A stretch of 59,754 nucleotides of DNA, the filler included, from Sphacelaria rigidula (taxonomy: Eukaryota), in NCBI GenBank assembly GCA_964200075.2. It is 9 parts of 9 records of this genome, joined end to end, with 100 filler letters (N's around TTAATTAATTAA, not from the genome) between each part and the next. Parts side by side here need not be neighbours in the genome. Positions count along the whole stretch, not along the records: positions 19,954 to 26,504 come from CAXNAA020019401.1; positions 26,605 to 33,154 come from CAXNAA020019402.1; positions 33,255 to 39,804 come from CAXNAA020019403.1; 6 more parts are not named here. One strand, given 5' to 3'. This document shows, piece after piece, positions 25,265 to 37,590 of this stretch (the stretch's first letter is position 1; every line of letters starts with the position of its first letter). The position numbers and the translations under genes were made by a program. The notes under the pieces were generated by a model that did not search any database, was not told the origin of the DNA, and saw only the letters and a list, made by a program, of their open reading frames with translations.

Positions 25265-25650
25265 ACAGCGGATTCTCGGAAATGGGGTTGAACAAAAAAT
25301 GAGGTTCGACTCACAAGCAGTACTCTTCCTGCCCTAAAGTCAGGACAAATGAATTTTATATGGACGGGCTGATCCCTCCCGAACTCCCCACAACTATGTG
25401 CGGAAGCAGATTGTTTTGGCCAAAAAGCATTCCTTTTTTCACCCCGAAAATCGAGGCAAAAGTGTGTTCTCGCACACACCCTTTGGGGGAATGGAAGGTT
25501 AGAAATCCCCCGAAACAGTTCTAGGGAGGTCGGGAAGGATGAGGTCGTTCATATGAAAGTCATTTGCTATGACCCTAGGCCAGGGAAAGCACTGCTTTTG
25601 AGTTGAACCTCATTTTTTTCTTTAACCTCATTTTTGAGAAAATCCGCTGT
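25265..25650. mobile_element. MITE with about 50-bp imperfect TIRs
   Basis: ACAGCGGATTCTCGGAAATGGGGTTGAACAAAAAATGAGGTTCGACTC pairs with GAGTTGAACCTCATTTTTT...GAGAAAATCCGCTGT. Confidence 0.75.
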
Positions 25651-26604
25651 TTACACGGAGATGACGTGATTCCGCATTATGCGGAAATTGAGTGCCTTCT
25701 TCTTTCAACACTACTAAGGTGTAGATGAGATTAAATTTGTTCACGACCGCCTTTCCACTCATATTACGCTGACGCCGAACGTGGCGCTTCATCAGATTCA
25801 AATCCTAGCCCGCGAAAAATGTGGTCATCAGGTTAACCAGAAAGATATGTCCATTGTCTTGTCCTTGAAAGCAGGTCTACCAAGGTTTGTATGGTTCCCA
25901 CCACACAAGAGCAACGCTGGGGGAAAGCAGTGCCCCAAGACATCATGCTGCGCGAAGGCTTTGCGCGCATAACGTTCAAAATGAAGAAGCTATCCCGCGA
26001 CACCGAGAGCAGGGGGGGACTATGGCTTCTGAGACCAAACGTACGCACTCCCTCGCATTTCCTGGGACATCTCGGCAACACATCTGAAAATATTTCCCCA
26101 CGTGATGAGCAAACGGCCGTCACTCCTCTGTCAAAAAGAGGCCGTAGGCATACATTCTTGCAACGTCCAGTGAAAACCTCGAACTGAATCATATATCAGA
26201 GGCCATCCCTAAACAGCCCCACAGATCTCAGTGGAGTGGAGTCATGCGGCGATAGCACTCCCCCCCAAAACCACCCTTCAACCTGTCGAAAAAAGTTGCG
26301 GTAAAGCGAGTGGCAGCTAGTGTCAGACTGCAAACGCGCCTCATACGGGCGATAATGGCAAAAACGATCCGAAAAGTGGGAGTTCCCAGCTGCTCGGTGT
26401 GCTCAGCTATTGTCAGTTTGACTATCATGTAGATTTGTCTCCTCAAATTAGCCATTTTGTTTTGGGGGGGGGGTGTACTCATGATCATGCATGCCATAGT
26501 CATCNNNNNNNNNNNNNNNNNNNNNNNNNNNNNNNNNNNNNNNNNNNNTTAATTAATTAANNNNNNNNNNNNNNNNNNNNNNNNNNNNNNNNNNNNNNNN
26601 NNNN

Positions 26605-27081
26605 GCGGCCTTATAACAGACAAGAATAAAGATCTGGAAAAGTGCCTTTTCGGAGCTTTTACGTCGTTTTATGCCCCGAAAGAGAGCTAGGCGGAGGTTG
26701 ACACCTTGGAATTACTTGCTCTAGTAGTTGAGGCGGTTCCAGGACATCTTCCCGTTTTCCGGTGGCCGCAGTTTTCATTTCGGCCAAACATTTTTTTTCC
26801 CCCAAGAACGGTAAAAAACAGTCAAAAATCTAGAAAAAAATCGCCACTGTTCTTCGGACTTGACTGTTACTATTCTTGGGGGAAACTTCTTGTTTGGCCA
26901 AAATGAAAACTGCGGCCACCGGAAAACGGGATACTGTGCTGGAACCGCCTCAACTACTAGAGCAAGTCATCCCAAGGTGTCAAACTCCGCCGAGCTCTCC
27001 TTTGGGGCGTAAAACGACGTAAAAGCTCCAAAAAGGCACTTTTCCAGATTTTAATCTCAGTCTGCCGTAAGGAGCGGCCTC
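26605..27081. mobile_element. Foldback element with about 190-bp inverted arms (26605-26790 and 26891-27081). One arm also at 49675-49880
   Basis: Long near-perfect inverted repeat, e.g. TTTTCCGGTGGCCGCAGTTTTCATTT / AAATGAAAACTGCGGCCACCGGAAAA. Terminus GAGGCYGCTCCTTA. Confidence 0.9.
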
Positions 27082-28627
27082 ACCTGCGTTTTTTTTCAAA
27101 CACAACATCGGTTCGACCATTCTGACTCGCGGTCAACACGTACCAATCTCTCAAAAACAGCGGACATCGTCTCTCCGAGTCCTGCAAGGCACTTTCGCCA
27201 CTCTTACCGAATTTATTTTCGCAAGTCTTCCCACGTCTGGCAGTCTCATCACTTGGATTTGGGGTAAGTTCCGCCCCCCTCCCCCCCTCCCTCGCCCCCT
27301 CCCCGCCCCTAGCTTAAGAATACAGGTGTACGAAGTTGCCGGTAAGATTCTAGCCGCCCCTAATTTGCAAAACGGTGCGAATCCCTACAGTACAACAGTA
27401 CAGAAAGAACTCCGGCTGTGCAGCTGCTCCACAATTGTGCTGCCAGTAACTGGCTGGTTGCTCATGCAGCCTTTGCCGTCCGCGCGTATGCTATCATCAT
27501 GATCCAACTGCCTACCAAGCTCTCGGCGCATGAATTGACGACCGCTTCGATGTTCGGTATTACCGGCAAAGACATTCTAAGCACCGGCCCTTTCAGGGCC
27601 TGTTCAGCATTCATCTTGAACATATAATACGATGAGTCATATCCCCAGAAACGCTAACCCTTTCACGTCCTGTTCAGCATTCATCTCGAACAAATAATGA
27701 TTAATAGTATACATGTGAATTCAGTTCAATCTAATCCTGTGATTGGAATTTCTCCCGCTCCTGCAAAAACTTATTTTCACTCGTTTAGGAATGTTTCGCT
27801 TTCCAGTTGTCACCCCCCCCCTCCCGCCCCGTCCCGAGAGGGATGCGTGGCCAATGATTAAACGACTGAGAAATGCAACAAATAGGAACGCCTCCTCACA
27901 CCCCGCCCCCCGTCGGTGCTCCTTCTCGAAAGGGATGCGTGGTAAATGGTCAAACGACTAACGCAAGCAACAAATGAGTAACCCCGCTCCCCTCCCTCAT
28001 CCCTCCCTACAGGATACGGGTTAAGTTCGACAGTAGTAAAATCGATGACGAGGGTCATTCACCAAAATCACCGTCTCGTGAGGGAGGGTTTGGTGAAGTC
28101 ATGCTCCAGTAGTGTTTGTGCGAGAACTCAGCGCGTGACAAGTGCGTGCGAAAAAAACAAAACGCCGTGTGCACTGAAACGCTTCAACTATCGATATTTT
28201 TCTCCTGGAATAAAAATGGACATTATTTACTACATAGCAGCCTTATTCTGCCTTGGGAGCTGTATCCTATTTAGCAATACAGTCACATGACCGGCAATTT
28301 CATGAAGGATCAAGAGAACGAGCCCACTGATGAAAACGAAAACTTAAGACAACACCTGCCGATACATTGCTCTGTGGTAGGTGTATTAACACTGTCATGT
28401 AGTTGCATAGCATCGGTCTCCTTATTCTCCCCTGAAACGCTCAGGTCCCCACCATAGTACCTACTTATACCTAGGTACCCCTCGACACTATCATGTACCT
28501 ATCTCCTCGGACCGTCAACCAACTCATGAAAAGCCCCCTCCGATCTCACGTATGATAACCCAATGGCGCCCCCGTTTGTCCTTCTTCGCAGAAAAAAAAA
28601 AATCAATAGCAAAAGCAGCGGGGAAAG

Positions 28628-30198
28628 ATGCCTCACAATACGGCTGGTCTGGATCTCGGTGATCTCGGGAGCGGCATAGGAGCCCTTGGCAGCCTGCTCA
28701 ACAGTGGGGGAGGCGGCGGCGGTAAGTGACACTCCATTCCATCCGTATGTTTCCCTTTCATTGTGTTTGAGAAGTGTAACTTATGACGACGGCTGGGTTC
28801 CTGGAGTCTCAGTTCGATCGATCAATCAGCCGGGTAATACCACCTACGTCTTTGACCACGGGTTCGCGAGGTCAGACTAATGTGCGGAAATAATAATAAT
28901 GATAACTAATACTTCACATCCTGGACAATGGGTTATGTTGTCAAAAAATGTACTGCGTACAGTATGGAACCTATTGTCTGTTGCAATAGGCGCAATAGTC
29001 AATACTATACGCAGTACACTTTTTGACTGTGTATTCTCTTGTCCAGGATATGCTACACTTCATTTTGCTCGCGTTTGGTACGTCTCGCGTATGACCACGG
29101 CTGACTGAACCCTCGGATCTCCGTTAATGTTCGATAATTGTAGTAATCAATCGATATTAGCTGGCATAGTCAACGTTCGAAGGCTCGATTCTCACAACCG
29201 TGTCTCTGTCTCTGTCTCTGTCTCTGTCTGTCTCTCTCCCTGTCTCTGTCCTCCTATTTCAATGTATGTACACCCTGGACAATATGCAATCAATAGTTGC
29301 AGTATGCCTGTACTTTACGCAGCACGTTTTTTTAATTGCAACTATGCCACAGGCACCGTAGCTAAGGTACCGTACCGTGGCATGCGGAGGTATCGTAGGT
29401 ATGAGATTTGAAAATACCGGATTGGGCGGGTACGGTGGGTATTGAAATCCCGAAATACCCTGGTATCGTAGGTATCGTAGGTATGAGATTTGAAAATACT
29501 GGACTGGACGGGTACGGTAGGTATTGAAATCTCGAAATACCGTGGTATCGTAGGGATCGTGGATATCGTAGGTATGGGATTTGAAAATACCGGATTGGGC
29601 GGGTACGGTAGGTATTGAAATCTCTAAATACCCTGGTATCGCAGGTATCGTAGGTATGAGATTTGAAAATACCGGATTGGGTCGGTATCGGTAGGGTACG
29701 AAATATCCCAAATACCGGTACAGGGTACCTACCTTACCTATGGTACCTGTGAACTATGCCACTGTATAGCCATATATAAATTGTCTACGGTGTGATGGGT
29801 TGTCTGTTCTGTTCTTCTGTTTGAGTCATCATGCTACGATAGGGGTTGCACTATTTAGCGAAAATGTTTCTCGGGATGTTGAACGGGTCATTTTGACAAT
29901 CGGCACTATATTTACTGGAAAAAGACTGAAAATGATGATGCCGATTCACGAAAAGGCCCCTGCGTGCATCTCCATGTTCGGTCCCCGGAGATTTGGGTTG
30001 GACAGTAAAAGCTCCATGTATTCGGGCTGATACAAAAAAAAGACCCAGAAACAGAACGTGCAACCCCACTCGTATCATGGGCCGTTTTATTTAACTTTTC
30101 TTCAGCAAGTATTTCCGCTTTGTTTACCTTACGTACGTACGTCTATCTTGTGGACAATGAACACGGCTGGGTCCCACGGGGATCGATTCATGTGCGAT

Positions 30199-30239
<41 letters not shown>

Positions 30240-32202
30240 AACGAATAAGAAATAGTGGCGTACTGTCATGATTAATTTGGAACAGTTCGTCATTTGTTTT
30301 CCTTCTTTAACTTGAAATAGCTGCTGTCATGCCATCATTTTTTTTTCTATTACGAAATACTTGAGACTGTTGACGCTTTAGAATTGATTGATTGATACTG
30401 TATACATGAGACTCATCTTCTTCCTTTTTTTTTTCTCCTTTTCAGAGTTGCCCAAGGCGCTTGATTTGACCCAGTGCCTTTTGGTGCCCTAATTCATAGT
30501 AACTTTCAGCTCTTGACGGATCGAAGTCATCCCGAGCACGTGATATGTGGTTGAGCGAGAGCGCTATCGTGAGGGGTTTCAATCATAGCGGCTTGACATG
30601 GGGTACCTCCACCGTACGTTTGGTCTGTAGTTTCGCAAATCATTCGATTCAGGGCGGGACTAATGTTGATATACTAGATCCGTGGATGATGACCCGTTGT
30701 GTTGTACGTGCCATTTTATTATTATCATTATTTCCGCACATCAGTCCGATCTCGCGAACCCGTGATCACAGACGTAGGCTCGCCTTTCCAATACCGTCCC
30801 TGCTATTCCTTACAAGACACATTGCCAAAAATAAAAGCAAGAAGAGAGACGCCACGAAAACCGATGAGAAGTAGTTCCCCCGAGCCATATGTGTGGTTAA
30901 TTCGTTGATTGAGTGGATCGTTGACGGTATGGTGGATGTCGTGATTGGTTGATTGCGGCACAATAAGTGATCGTCGAGAGATCATTTTTTTTTTTTCACA
31001 GATGGACAGTATGCAATAAATATACGTACCAAGGGTAAAAAAAAAAGCCGGTCAACCTTAACTTGCTCAAGGAAACTCGAACAAATCAAAGAAGGAAATG
31101 CATCGTAGAAAATAAAGAACAAGAGGAGTAGACTGTACAAAGACGAGGTAGCAGAAAAAATGGAGCAGAAACAGAAACAAATATACGCAAGTAGATATAT
31201 ACCCATAAATGGACGTGTTCATTTTTATTTTCATGTATGTAACATATCGAATTTGTCGCTGGTGGGCTTGGTGTGCCCCCACACCACTACTGTACTGTTG
31301 TAGTGTCTGTTACGAGAAAAAAATGAAATAATACTGTTACCATATAACTGTGCACATTTGTTATCAGGTCCATGTCACCTTATCATAGGAGTTACGACTT
31401 GCTACCCGTTTGCCCTCTATATAATATACAGCCCCCGAGCTAAGTACCCAACCAAACTAAACCAGCTGACCCATTTCAACACCACACTAGCTGAAAAATG
31501 CTCCTTTCATCACTTCAAAAGCTGCTGTCACTCCACGACTTCATGCTGATGTCATTTTACATTTCGCCGTACGCATGGGGTGAGAGTTGAGACTTTGGAA
31601 ACCCGTTTGCCGTCTATATGTATTATGGTAATATACAGCCCTAACTAACTAGCTAATTGAAAAAACTGAACAAACTTAACCTGACCTCACCCAAAACAAC
31701 AATGTAAACCCATCTCAGTGCCACACTAGCTGAATGATGCTTCTCCCGTTCACTTTAAAAGTTGCTGTTTCTCCATGAATTCACACATGCTCATGTTACT
31801 TCCATTCCACCGTATATAGGGAGAGTTACGAACTTTTAAACCCATTCACCCTCCATACAGCTCACGGCCCTAGCTGACTAAATCCCTAATCTAAACTCAT
31901 GTCAACACTGCCCCGCCAAAAATGCTATCCCCATCAACTCAAAAGCTGTTGTTGCTCCATGCCTTCAACATGCTCGTGTCATTTTCCATTTTCCATGCGA
32001 AGGCGGCGGAGGTCGAAAGGGCGGCGGCGGCGGCGGCCTCGGCGGCCTCGGCGGCTTGGCGGGCATGGGTGCCATCAGTCTCATCGGCGGTGCTATGGGC
32101 GGAGGCGCCCATCATCCTGGACACGGCCATGGGCACGGAGGACACCACGACTATCATCACGGTGGCGGGGGTTACCATTACGGCCACGGTGCGCAAACCT
32201 GA
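28628..32202 (+). CDS. Small Gly/His-rich protein (about 97 aa if it ends at TGA 32200-32202). Exons 28628-28721 and 32003-32202
   Basis: Exon 1 ATG..GGC G|GTAAGT (phase 1) joins the acceptor GCGAAG|GC (phase 1): MPHNTAGLDLGDLGSGIGALGSLLNSGGGGGGGGGRKGGGGGGLGGLGGLAGMGAISLIGGAMGGGAHHPGHGHGHGGHHDYHHGGGGYHYGHGAQT*. Both exons are GC-rich islands in AT-rich flanks. Confidence 0.65.
29348..29751. mobile_element. MITE with CACAGG termini, perfect 8-bp TSD (AACTATGC) and internal 80-95 bp tandem repeats; P- or hAT-type ends. Partial copy at 39905-39978
   Basis: AACTATGC|CACAGGCACCGTAGCTAAGGTACC...CCTTACCTATGGTACCTGTG|AACTATGC. Four copies of GGTATCGTAGGTATGAGATTTGAAAATACCGGATTGGG. Confidence 0.9.
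29823..30078. mobile_element. MITE subfamily sharing the GCTACG.TAGGG.TGCAC-type TIR. Reverse-complement copy at 49893-50140
   Basis: 29851-29997 is the reverse complement of about 49978-50130. Confidence 0.75.
31388..32002. repeat. Three diverged tandem units of about 200 bp at the 3' end of the Gly/His gene intron
   Basis: Repeated GAGTT..GAC...ACCC.TT..CC...ATACAGC...TGC....CA.CAC..CAAAAG.TG.TGT..CTCCA...CATGCT..TGT..TTT.CATT units. Confidence 0.8.
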
Positions 32203-32219
32203 AAGCACACATGCGCGCG

Positions 32220-32447
32220 CGCACACACACACACACACACGCACACACACGCACACACACACACACACACACATGCATACGCATACGCAAACACATATGC
32301 ATACGCATACGCATACACACACGTGCGCATACGCACAAGCGCACACACAAAGACATACGCATACGTATACGCGTTCACGTCTGCATACATGCACACGTGC
32401 GGACATGCACATCCAACTTAAGTGGCACGCGCTGGATTACGACACAA

Positions 32448-32498
<51 letters not shown>
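32220..32498. repeat. (CA)n and CATACG microsatellites
   Basis: Visible dinucleotide and hexanucleotide runs. Confidence 0.95.
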
Positions 32499-32500
<2 letters not shown>

Positions 32501-33344
32501 CGATACCCGCACACCCTTTGGCGAGAGAGTCTCTCCGTTCGTGTGGTTTCCCTTAGGTTCGTTCGTTGGGTGTATTGTACTGTATTTCGTGACCAAGGCT
32601 GGATTTTGTAGGGGGAGAAGTTCATCGGCGAAAAGCAATCGAATCGAATCGAATCAGATCAACCAACATCTTGTTTCTTCTTGTTTCTTCTTGTTTCTTG
32701 TCTTTCTTGTTACCGGGTTATGTTACTCCTCGTATGCTCTTTGTACTTTTCGTACGATCTTCTCCTCAGCTGAACCCGTGCGGCAGGGGACTGCCGTTTT
32801 TTTCTTCGTAATGCTCCTTGGAACCGGTACTGGGCCTTTACCCCGGCCTTCTTCTTCCTTTTTTTTTTCTTCACGTTTTACTTTGTTTTGTTTTGCTTTG
32901 CATTGTGTTCCTCTTCTTCTCGTTTCCGCTCTGATCTTCCTTTTTTAGTTTTCTTTTGTTTTTGTTTCCTACTGTTTTCATTTCTTCTTCTATTCTTTTC
33001 TTCTATTTCCTTTTATTTGATTTGATTTGATTTGATTTGATTTGATTTGTTTTGTATTTTTTTTTTTTTTTTTTTTCTTTTTTTCTCTTTTTGTCTTTTC
33101 TCTTTTTTTCTTCTTTTTTCTTTTTTTTTTCTCCTCTTTTCTTTTCTTTCTTTTNNNNNNNNNNNNNNNNNNNNNNNNNNNNNNNNNNNNNNNNNNNNTT
33201 AATTAATTAANNNNNNNNNNNNNNNNNNNNNNNNNNNNNNNNNNNNNNNNNNNNCCTGCCCCCAGAGACCCAGCTAAGTTGTTCCCCGTTCCCCCACCTT
33301 GGGAAAACCGGGGACCCGGTCCCCCCCCCCCCCGCCCCGGTATC

Positions 33345-34650
33345 CGCTAGAATACGCTGGGGAATGGAAAGCCACAGCAATGGTTAACAAATGCGAGATA
33401 CTTGTATGTAACGAAGATAACAAAAGCCCGGTAGAGTCCAAATCGAAGTGGGGAGAGGAGTAACTGCCAATCGTAGACCAGTATAGATACCGTGGCGTAG
33501 AGATCTCAAAAAAGTGCTTGTGGGATGCACACGAAAACAATGGGATGAAAAAGCGTAGGGCATAGATAAGCAGGATGGATGTGATCCTCAGAGATTCGCA
33601 CCCGGATACTAGGATCAAGATATGTATCCTGATGAGCGTGATTGTACCAAAGCTGGAATACGAAGGAGAAGTATGGGAGGGGAACGTGAAGTTGGTGGAA
33701 AAGCTAGAAACAGTACAGATGACAGCAGCTAAGAAAATGCTCGGATGCTCAAAAATGGCGAATAATACAGTTTTGAGAGCAGAGTGGGGAATGTACTCAC
33801 TTGAAACAAATAACGACCTGAGAAAATTGAAATGGTAATACAACGTAAGGAGCATGCCAAAAAAGAGATTGCCAGCCGCAGTTGATAAGGCTGTATGGGA
33901 GAAAATAACGAAGGGGCAGGCTGCAATATGGTGAAATAGCGCATCCGAGAAAGTATGGAACGAGATTGGAGTAAAACAAGACGAGATATTGTGAAAAGTT
34001 TAAGTTCGGGGGTAAAAGACAAAAGTACTGGGCATGATGGAAATAAAAGGAAAAGAAGCGCTAAACCGGAAAGTAGACGAGGAAGAGCACCTGAAGATAA
34101 ACGGGGGGTTGAATGAGGGGATAGAAACGAAAATATGTCTGCGTGGCTCAATAGACTCCGCAGAAAAAATGAAACTGCGATTTTGGGTGGAGGACCTGGA
34201 CCTGCCAGAAAGAAGAAAGAGGTTCCACTAGCAGTCGAGTGGACGAGGAAATGGATACACAGAAGTGCCCGTGTGGCAAAGTAATAGAGTAGACCTCATG
34301 TAGTGGCAGACTGTAAGCTATTCAAGGAGGAGCGGGACGTGTTAGAGGGAGAAATGTGGGAAGTACACAAAGTTGGCATGCAATCATTTGAAACACGAGA
34401 CAGTAGGGAGAAAAAGATGGCTATACTACGCGATAGATGGTGGCCACAGACGGCGAAAGAGAAAGGGGATAAGATGTGTACAAGATTTGTGTGTCATGTA
34501 TGGAAGAAGCAAAATGAGCGCCCATATGTTGGGGGTGCCTGTTGTTAGAGGTAGGAAACGTGCTCCGTCTCGGAAGGGATGACGGGTCAATGACCAAACC
34601 ACTAGGGCAGGCGACCTATGACTACGCTCCCCCTCCCATCCCAACACCCC
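33345..34650 (+). mobile_element. 3' half of a decayed LINE (same family as 13943-14935), including its 3' end
   Basis: LEYAGEWKATAMVNKCEILVCNEDNKSPV overlaps EYTRKWRVTENVNKRAILVCNKDKKNPV of the contig-3 copy. Also VPKLEYEGEVW, a C-terminal Cys/His knuckle remnant (KCPCGK...VADC) and a C-rich tail. Confidence 0.9.
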
Positions 34651-34838
34651 ATCCTCGAGGACACTTGGCCGATGGTCTTTTTACGGCTAGTTCCGTCAAA
34701 CATGAGTACGCTCACCCACCCCGTTCCTCTCCGTGTGTGCATCGACTTGTCTTCTGCACCCTTTGAACATATCCAAATCGACCCATGACTGCAACAAAAC
34801 GGAAGCCCGCTCTCGCCGTCAGATAAGCCCGCTCTCAC

Positions 34839-37540
34839 CCTGGCAAGCGAAACGCCTTCCCGAGTCCGCGGTGTTGGCCGCGAATCATCAAGAACATGCC
34901 AATGGGGCTTCCGAGGCAGAACAGGTTCTCCACGTGCGTCGACAGAGCCGGAAACTTGGTGCTACCCTGGAACTGATGAGGGCACGGAACTTCCTTGCCA
35001 GCAGGGAAGGGAGGTCCATGCTCTCTATTTCCACGTGGCCCTTCCACGTCCTCATTGCTCCTGTCTCGTGACGCAGTCTACCACGTTAGAGGGAGACGGA
35101 ATCGAGGGGTGATTGCGGGTAGGCACAAGACGGAGTGCTTCGGAATGGCTACATGTTTTTTTTTTTCACACTTTGAAGCGCTCCCCTTCGTCGGGATGAA
35201 TCCGTGGTCTGAAGGGATCAACCCATTCCTCCCCTGGTACACACACGCCTTGCATTTTGGTCTCGCGGACTGGGTCATGACCATCAGCACTGCCGCACTG
35301 CGTCAACTCACGTCAAACAAACTCAGTCGACTACTTCGTCTACTCACGTTCTAACGCTTTCCACCGTGGAAATCGCAGTCTACGAAGGGAAAAACCACCA
35401 CATTGGGAATAGAACCCTCGTTCTCTGCATTCTAATGGCGACAGTCGGACCGCCACACCACCGGGGCGCGTGTATGTATGTATGTATGTACACGATGTAT
35501 GTCGTCGGCCTGTGCTGCGTACGTCTACAAAGTGCTTCTGCTGTCATGACCCTACGCTCCAGCATCCCACCCGAAACTCCAATATTGTTTCCGCACAGTA
35601 GCCCGATATCTCGAAGCCGTGGTCACAGAAAGATACCCCATACTCTCCTTCCGCACCATAAGCCACCACGTACACTCACCCCTTTGTCGGTGGGACAGGC
35701 TGCGGCGGGCGTGTTGTTCGACGAGGCCGGCTGATTCGCCATGATGTCGAAACAGATGATTGCGCCGAGGCTGTGCGCCACGACGGACACCTTCCCACTC
35801 CAGGACCTAACGAACGATGAGGAATGAAGCACACGCGTACCGACCCAGCCGGGTGCAGCGTCGAGGAAAGAATTCTCTCTTGCAACCAAACCCGAGCTGT
35901 CTTTTCGATGGATGCGGCGTATTTTGGCCGATAATCCGTGCAGCAGACGGTCGATGTGTTCTTGTACCGCTGATTCAACATGGTCCTGCGCTTGACTTTC
36001 AACATTTCAGCGCAGTAGAGCTACATTCGTTGCGAGGCAAAGATTAAACGCGTTGTGTATCCACTTCGCGCGTTTTCCGGCAGAGTCTGTCCTCGTGCGT
36101 GGGGTAAGGTCCTTGGGTGTGTCGCTCACCTGCAATGCTTCCGGTACAACGCCACCACCCGGTTCATCTCTTGTGTAACTTCCTCGATGATCACCTGCCC
36201 AACAGTCATATACACGGTACGCCACGAGATGAAGGTCGGGTTGATGTGCGCATTTTCTGCTGGGTGGCTTCTGAATACGTGAACGTGGCATTGTACCGTA
36301 ACGCTTTTTTGGTGAGCGAAGAGATAGAGATAGCGTATGTTCACCACCCGCCGGTCACTGCGATTTTCCAGACAGATGGACTCGTGTGAGAGAAAGACTA
36401 CAGTTTCTGTCGTACTCTCTGTGCAGTGGTGGCTGCGTTGCCGCTGACATCATGAGTATTATTCAAGCTACCTCCCGTCTGTGATTCGATAAAAAACAAA
36501 GGAAATGTCGAGAGTACTGTTGTTCGCTTGGCTGCCCCCCGCGACAAAGCCGATTCCACCTATCCAACAACCACTCTTCCTATCCAAGTGAACACTGTTT
36601 CATCATCGTGCCGACCTTCAGCAATTGACTGTAGAGGTCTGCGGTCGCTTGCGTTAGTCCTAAGTAAATCACGAGAAAAAAAATACCAATTATCGACCTG
36701 GTGGTACTCCGGGCTCATGAAATACAAAATATCCAAGAGGGTGTCGTTCGTGAAGGCCCGGAGCGTGGGAGCTCTCGGCAGCGTGATATCCCAAATACTC
36801 AGCCCATTCCCACCGGCAACGCTCCCCGGACCACCGTCACCATCTCCGCCTCTACCACGATCCCGTCTTAAGAAGGATTCTCCGCCTTTCCTATCATCGC
36901 CGTCCTCAGCCGTGTGTCGTTCTGCTCCGCCCGTCGAAGGCACAGACTCTGGTCGCACCCTCCCCGACGACGCCATTGCGTTCGATTGTCCGCCATCGCC
37001 TCCGATCTCCGCATTTGCCGAAGAACTATCGACACTGCCTCGCTCTCCAGCAGTGGTGACGGAATCGTCTGCGAAAGCAGAAGCAGGGGACGGAGTCCCT
37101 GGCCTCGCTCCGGTGGCGGTATCATCGCCCGCTGCAGTGACGCCGGCGGCGGCCTCGCCGCTTTCCCTGTAGAGCCTACCCTTGAAGCGGGTATGCCATT
37201 CGATAGGTAGGTACTCCACTCTACCCATGCCGCCGCCGCCAACGAAGGGTTGGCGTGTCCTCCCGTCGCCACTGCGATTATGTCGTCGATGTGTGCCCTT
37301 GCGGAGTCCCCGGAGGTGCTTTGAATTCAGCACTACCTGGAGCATGAGAGGGGCACAGGGTGGGAGTTTGGTGCGTGGTGTTGTGCCGCCCGGGTGCCTG
37401 TATGGCGGCTCCAAACCACGGTTGGTTATTGCTGCAGATGCCAATACAACATATCGTCACCCTTGTCATAACCCACAGCTCCATTCCGAGAACCCCACCC
37501 CAGACAATGCTGCGCATGTCAAGATGCATCCAAAAAGTCC

Positions 37541-37590
<50 letters not shown>

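Noticed and set aside
29389..29700. CRISPR-like repeat array
   Set aside because: The intervening sequences are themselves repeated, so there are no unique spacers. The array lies inside a TIR/TSD-bounded MITE and there are no cas genes.
31899..32948. Long ORFs of 349 aa and 229 aa, and their antisense ORFs
   Set aside because: They are open because of (CA)n microsatellites and T-rich tracts. The plausible coding frame is the third, Gly/His frame at 32003-32202.
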